This document shows, piece by piece, positions 59,907 to 64,000 of a stretch of 64,000 nucleotides of DNA. The stretch spans positions 55,870 through 119,869 of IMG/VR virus record IMGVR_UViG_3300027791_000009; one strand, written 5' to 3'. Every line of letters starts with the position of its first letter. Position 1 is the first letter of the stretch. The notes below the pieces were generated by a model. That model worked only from the letters and a program-made list of their open reading frames with translations. It had not been told where the DNA came from and ran no database searches. Position numbers and translations under genes: made by a program. The stretch is from a virus.

Positions 59907-60362
59907 ATGAACAAAGAAGAAACGAAACTAGAAATCAAAATCGTAAAGATTATAAATGGCACAGACATTGTTTGCCATATACCTACGGTAGCAAATCAAC
60001 AAAGAAATCCGTTGCTGACATTAGACAAACCATTAGAAATAAAATATGTGCCACAGATTACTAACATTGGTATCAAAGATTATATAGCACTTGTGAAGTG
60101 GGCTGCATATACAAACGACCATATGGTTACTATACCTAAAGATAAGATACTAACTATTACTAATGCAAGTGAACAAATGATTAAATCTTATACGCAAGTT
60201 ATTAGTGACTACAACAACCACGACAAGGTTATGAGAAGAGAAGATAATCCATTAACTCAAAAACTTATGGATAGAGAAATTATGCGAGACGAGGAACTGG
60301 AAGAGTATGATGAAATATTTGAGACCTTTAATGACATTAAAAAGAAAACTACATTTCACTAG
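59907..60362 (+). CDS. Hypothetical protein between uvsW and gp55 (possible Sm-like fold)
   Basis: IKIVKIINGTDIVC...LDKPL...W pattern; synteny. Confidence 0.6.
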   Translation: MNKEETKLEIKIVKIINGTDIVCHIPTVANQQRNPLLTLDKPLEIKYVPQITNIGIKDYIALVKWAAYTNDHMVTIPKDKILTITNASEQMIKSYTQVISDYNNHDKVMRREDNPLTQKLMDREIMRDEELEEYDEIFETFNDIKKKTTFH

Positions 60363-60403
60363 ACGCTACTCTATAGACTCTATCTCTCAGCAGCAACACG
60401 CTG

Positions 60404-60432
60404 ATAATAACACACGATTCAGGATATGTCAA
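60404..60432 (-). promoter_or_regulatory. Antisense sigma70-like promoter
   Basis: Minus strand reads TTGACA-17 bp-TATTAT with an extended -10 TG. Confidence 0.5.
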
Positions 60433-60468
60433 GCGCCTGTATCATTTAAAAATAAATGTGTTAGGTGC

Positions 60469-60497
60469 TTGACTTATTTAACAACATATAGTATAGT
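60469..60497 (+). promoter_or_regulatory. Sigma70-like promoter for gp55-gp47-gp46
   Basis: TTGACT-17 bp-TATAGT. Confidence 0.7.
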
Positions 60498-60503
60498 GAG
60501 AAC

Positions 60504-61133
60504 ATGATGAAAACTAAAAAAGAAAAAGTAGTTAAAGAAATTGAAACGGCCGAAGTGCCTGAAAAAAAGAAACGCATACGAACACCTGCGAAGAAGGAGC
60601 ACTATGTTAATAACAAAGAGTTTCTAATTGCAATGGTAGAGTATAAAGACAAATGTAATAAAGCAGAAGCAAGAGGCAGAAAGAAACCTCCGGTTACTAA
60701 TTACATTGGAGAATGTTTTTTAAAGATTGCAAACCATTTATCGTATAGACCTAACTTTATTAATTATACTTTTAGAGACGATATGATTTCAGATGGTATT
60801 GAGAATTGTTTACAATATCTTGGTAACTTTAATCCAGAGAAGTCAAACAATCCATTTGCATACTTTACACAAATTATCTATTATGCCTTTATAAGAAGAA
60901 TACAAAAAGAAAAGAAACAAACAACAATCAAACATAAACTTATTATGGATGCAAACTATGACGATATGACATTGCAACCTGGTGAAGATAGAGACTTTAA
61001 AAATCAATTTACAGAATTCTTACAAAAGAACTTACCAAACCAAGAACCTACAAGTGAACCTATAGAAGTAAAACCTAAAGGTGCAAAACTAAAGAGAACA
61101 AGAAAAGCAAAGATAAATTTAGAGAACTTTTAA
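60504..61133 (+). CDS. gp55: Late-transcription sigma factor gp55
   Basis: HYVNNKEFL, IANHLSYRPNFINYT, MISDGIENC, NPFAYFTQI.YYAF.RRI.KEKKQ. Confidence 0.95.
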   Translation: MMKTKKEKVVKEIETAEVPEKKKRIRTPAKKEHYVNNKEFLIAMVEYKDKCNKAEARGRKKPPVTNYIGECFLKIANHLSYRPNFINYTFRDDMISDGIENCLQYLGNFNPEKSNNPFAYFTQIIYYAFIRRIQKEKKQTTIKHKLIMDANYDDMTLQPGEDRDFKNQFTEFLQKNLPNQEPTSEPIEVKPKGAKLKRTRKAKINLENF

Positions 61134-61142
61134 AGGTATATT

Positions 61143-62204
61143 ATGAAGATAGCATTGTTGAATGACACTCACTTTGGTGCGAGAAGTGATAGTCCTGCAT
61201 TTATTAAATATTTTAACAGGTTTTATGATGAGATATTTTTTCCATATTTGGAAGAGAATAACATCACAACCTTAATACATTTAGGCGATGTAGTAGACAG
61301 AAGAAAGTTTATTAACTTTAATACTGCTCATAACTTTCAAAATAAGTTTTGGAAGAGACTATGGGAGATGAAGATTGATACACATATCATACTAGGTAAC
61401 CATGACACATACTATAAGAACACAAACTCTATTAATAGTATGCAACAACTGATTACAACTTTTGATGGTGTAAATGAACCATTTATATATGAGAAACCAA
61501 AGACGGTTGAGTTTGATGGTTTGCCTATTCTATTCGTACCTTGGATATGTCCAGAGAATGAAGAAGAAAGTCTAAAGGCAATAACAGAAAGTCAAGCACA
61601 AATATGTATGGGTCACCTAGAAGTTAAAGGTTTTGAAATGCACAAAGGACACTTCCAAGACCACGGTTTAGAAATGGACTTGTTTAAAAGATTTGAGAAA
61701 GTATATTCTGGTCACTATCATAGAAAATCAGATAATGGTACTATCTTTTATCTAGGCACACAATACGAAATTACTTGGTCTGATTATCAATGTCCTAAAG
61801 GTTTTCATGTCTTTGATACAAATACAAGAGAACTAACAAGAATTCCTAATCCTATCAGTATGTTTAAGAAGATATTATATAATGATAAAGTTAATTCATA
61901 TAGTACTATGGATATAAGTGAATATGAAAATTGTTTTATTAAAGTTATTGTAGAAGAAAAAACAGATGTCAACCAGTTTGGTGACTTTATTGATAGACTA
62001 CATAATGAGATACACACAAATGAAGTAAATGTAATTGAAGATAGTTATAATATCAATTCAACTGCTGATGTTAATATCGTAGACCAAGGAGAAGATACAT
62101 TATCTTTCTTGCAAAATTATATTAATAGTTTAGATACTAAATTAGATAAAAATAAGATGAATAGTATAGTGAAAGACTTATATAGTGAGGTGCAAGATAA
62201 GTGA
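61143..62204 (+). CDS. gp47: Recombination endonuclease subunit gp47 (Mre11-like)
   Basis: DTHFG, HLGD..DRRK, GNHD, GHLE, SGHYH. Confidence 0.95.
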   Translation: MKIALLNDTHFGARSDSPAFIKYFNRFYDEIFFPYLEENNITTLIHLGDVVDRRKFINFNTAHNFQNKFWKRLWEMKIDTHIILGNHDTYYKNTNSINSMQQLITTFDGVNEPFIYEKPKTVEFDGLPILFVPWICPENEEESLKAITESQAQICMGHLEVKGFEMHKGHFQDHGLEMDLFKRFEKVYSGHYHRKSDNGTIFYLGTQYEITWSDYQCPKGFHVFDTNTRELTRIPNPISMFKKILYNDKVNSYSTMDISEYENCFIKVIVEEKTDVNQFGDFIDRLHNEIHTNEVNVIEDSYNINSTADVNIVDQGEDTLSFLQNYINSLDTKLDKNKMNSIVKDLYSEVQDK

Positions 62205-63916
62205 TAATATTTCATAACATAACCTGGAAGAACTTTCTTTCTACAGGCAATACACCAATCAGCGTAAATTTAAACGAATCACCTACGACATTAATCATAG
62301 GTACTAATGGTTCAGGTAAATCAACTTTACTTGACGCTTTATGCTTTGCATTGTTTAACAAACCTTTTAGAATTATTAAGAAAGACCAGATGGTTAATAC
62401 AATCAACAATGCTGATACCGTTGTTGAAGTTTACTTTAGTATTGGTCCAAAGAAATACAAGATACGAAGAGGTATTAAACCTAACATATTTGAAATATTC
62501 CAAGACGGTATTTTATTAAATCAGGATGCTTCTTCTATAGATTATCAAAAGTACCTTGAACAAAACATAATGAAACTTAATTATAGGTCATTTTGTCAAG
62601 TTGTAATTTTAGGTTCTTCTTCTTATGAACCATTTATGAAGATGAGAGCAAGTTATCGTAGAGATGTAATTGAAGAGATACTAGACATTAAAGTATTTGC
62701 AAGTATGAACTTATTGTTAAGAAGTAAACAACAAGACTTAACAAAAGACATTACCACAATGAGACACCAGGTAGACTTGATTGATAACAAAGTTAATCTA
62801 CAAGAGAAACATTACGAAGAATTACAAGGTAGAGATACAGACGCTATCACTAGAAAAAAAGAAGACATAGAGAAAGCACAACAAGGTAAAAGAGATTATA
62901 TGGTCCGTATCAATAGTCTCAATAACGAAATTGAAACAAACAAATTAAAATTACAAAACAAAGATAAGACTAAAAGTAAGTTTCTTCAATTGCAGAAGTT
63001 AGAATCCAAGATTGATACTAATTTAAAGACACATAAAAGAACATTAAAATTCTTTGAAGAGAATACTAATTGTCCAACTTGTACACAAGAACTTGAACCT
63101 AGTTTCAAACAAGAGAAAATCAATGAAGAGAAGGCTGCTGTAGATAAATTGAATAATGGTTATAAAGAACTATTGACTGAAATCACTAATACAGAAGAGA
63201 AGATACTAACCATTGATAAGGTATCAGAAACTATTAGAACTATAGAAACAAATGTTTCAAAACTTAATCATAGTGTTGATGAGATTAAAAGACATAGTGA
63301 TAGAATACAAGATGAGATTGAACTCCTACAAGTAGAGGATGCTTCAGGCCTAAATATCAAAGAAGAGATATTGAAGTTGAAACAAGACCTAGTTAAGACA
63401 ATGGGAGAACGAGACGAAGTTATTGAAGAGAAAAAATACATTGATGTATTAAGACAGATTGTAGACGATAGTGGTGCAAGAGCACAAATTATTAAGAAGT
63501 ATATTCCAGTAATGAATACACTTATCAATCAGTATCTACAATCAATGGACTTCTTTATATCTTTTCATTTAGACGAAGAGTTTAAAGAAACGGTTAAGAG
63601 TAGACATATGGATTCTTTTAACTATAACAATTTTAGTGAAGGTGAGAAGATGAGAATAGATTTATCATTACTATTCACTTGGAGAAGTATTGCGAAGATG
63701 AAGAACTCCGTCAATACTAATTTATTAATACTTGATGAGATATTTGATAGTAGTTTAGATGGTCAAGGAACAGACGACTTCTTTAAGATTATTGCTCAAC
63801 TTTCAAAAGAAAATGTCTTTATCATATCACACAAAGGAGATATTATGTTTGACAAGTTTACTAATATATTAAAATTTGAGAAGTATCAAAACTTTACGAG
63901 GTTAGAAAATGCCTAA
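62201..63916 (+). CDS. gp46: Recombination endonuclease subunit gp46 (Rad50-like)
   Basis: KNFLSTGN, GTNGSGKST, CPTC hook, FSEGEKMRID, LILDEIFDSSLD, ISH; GTG start. Confidence 0.95.
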   Translation: MIIFHNITWKNFLSTGNTPISVNLNESPTTLIIGTNGSGKSTLLDALCFALFNKPFRIIKKDQMVNTINNADTVVEVYFSIGPKKYKIRRGIKPNIFEIFQDGILLNQDASSIDYQKYLEQNIMKLNYRSFCQVVILGSSSYEPFMKMRASYRRDVIEEILDIKVFASMNLLLRSKQQDLTKDITTMRHQVDLIDNKVNLQEKHYEELQGRDTDAITRKKEDIEKAQQGKRDYMVRINSLNNEIETNKLKLQNKDKTKSKFLQLQKLESKIDTNLKTHKRTLKFFEENTNCPTCTQELEPSFKQEKINEEKAAVDKLNNGYKELLTEITNTEEKILTIDKVSETIRTIETNVSKLNHSVDEIKRHSDRIQDEIELLQVEDASGLNIKEEILKLKQDLVKTMGERDEVIEEKKYIDVLRQIVDDSGARAQIIKKYIPVMNTLINQYLQSMDFFISFHLDEEFKETVKSRHMDSFNYNNFSEGEKMRIDLSLLFTWRSIAKMKNSVNTNLLILDEIFDSSLDGQGTDDFFKIIAQLSKENVFIISHKGDIMFDKFTNILKFEKYQNFTRLENA

Positions 63917-64000
63917 AAATTTAGACGAGAAAAGAATGTCTGTTTATGAAGAAGAGAAATTTAAAGAGGACATGATGAGACAGGCAGAAGAGAAAATAAA
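63909..64000 (+). CDS. 3'-truncated ORF (MPKNLDEKRMSVYEEEKF...)
   Basis: ATG overlapping the gp46 end; open to the window edge. Confidence 0.45.
   Translation, partial: MPKNLDEKRMSVYEEEKFKEDMMRQAEEKI

Noticed and set aside
150-63528. Numerous minus-strand and alternate-frame ORFs in the track (e.g. 8743-9573, 1582-1899, 55675-55974, 60307-60507)
   Set aside because: They lie within or across well-supported plus-strand genes, show no recognisable motifs and look like shadow ORFs.

Overview
A 64 kb, AT-rich, almost entirely plus-strand segment of a T4-like myovirus genome, similar in gene order to marine cyanophage/pelagiphage myoviruses. An alphaproteobacterial host is suggested by a Shemin-type ALA synthase (inference). 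The core order is: gp7-like (partial), gp8, large virion protein, fibre and RCC1-repeat proteins, gp13-gp23, gp3, uvsY, uvsW, gp55, gp47, gp46, with many TATAAATA late promoters. Accessory islands are (1) a ~10.4 kb cluster (10156-20539) with four radical SAM/SPASM-type enzymes, a cupin, two 2OG-Fe(II) oxygenases and a virion-like protein ending in CHSSCHSSCHGSRGRR, which is my best candidate for an undescribed RiPP-like protein-modification system; (2) a haem/bilin cassette (degenerate HO paralogue, heme oxygenase, bilin reductase, ALA synthase); and (3) an AlkB/XylM-family monooxygenase with its own promoter and terminator. By eye, the window appears to avoid ACGT, ACWGT, GATC and GCATC/GATGC, and the last two appear only in a GGAT/ATCC context. 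All calls come from motif reading and gene order, with no database searches.
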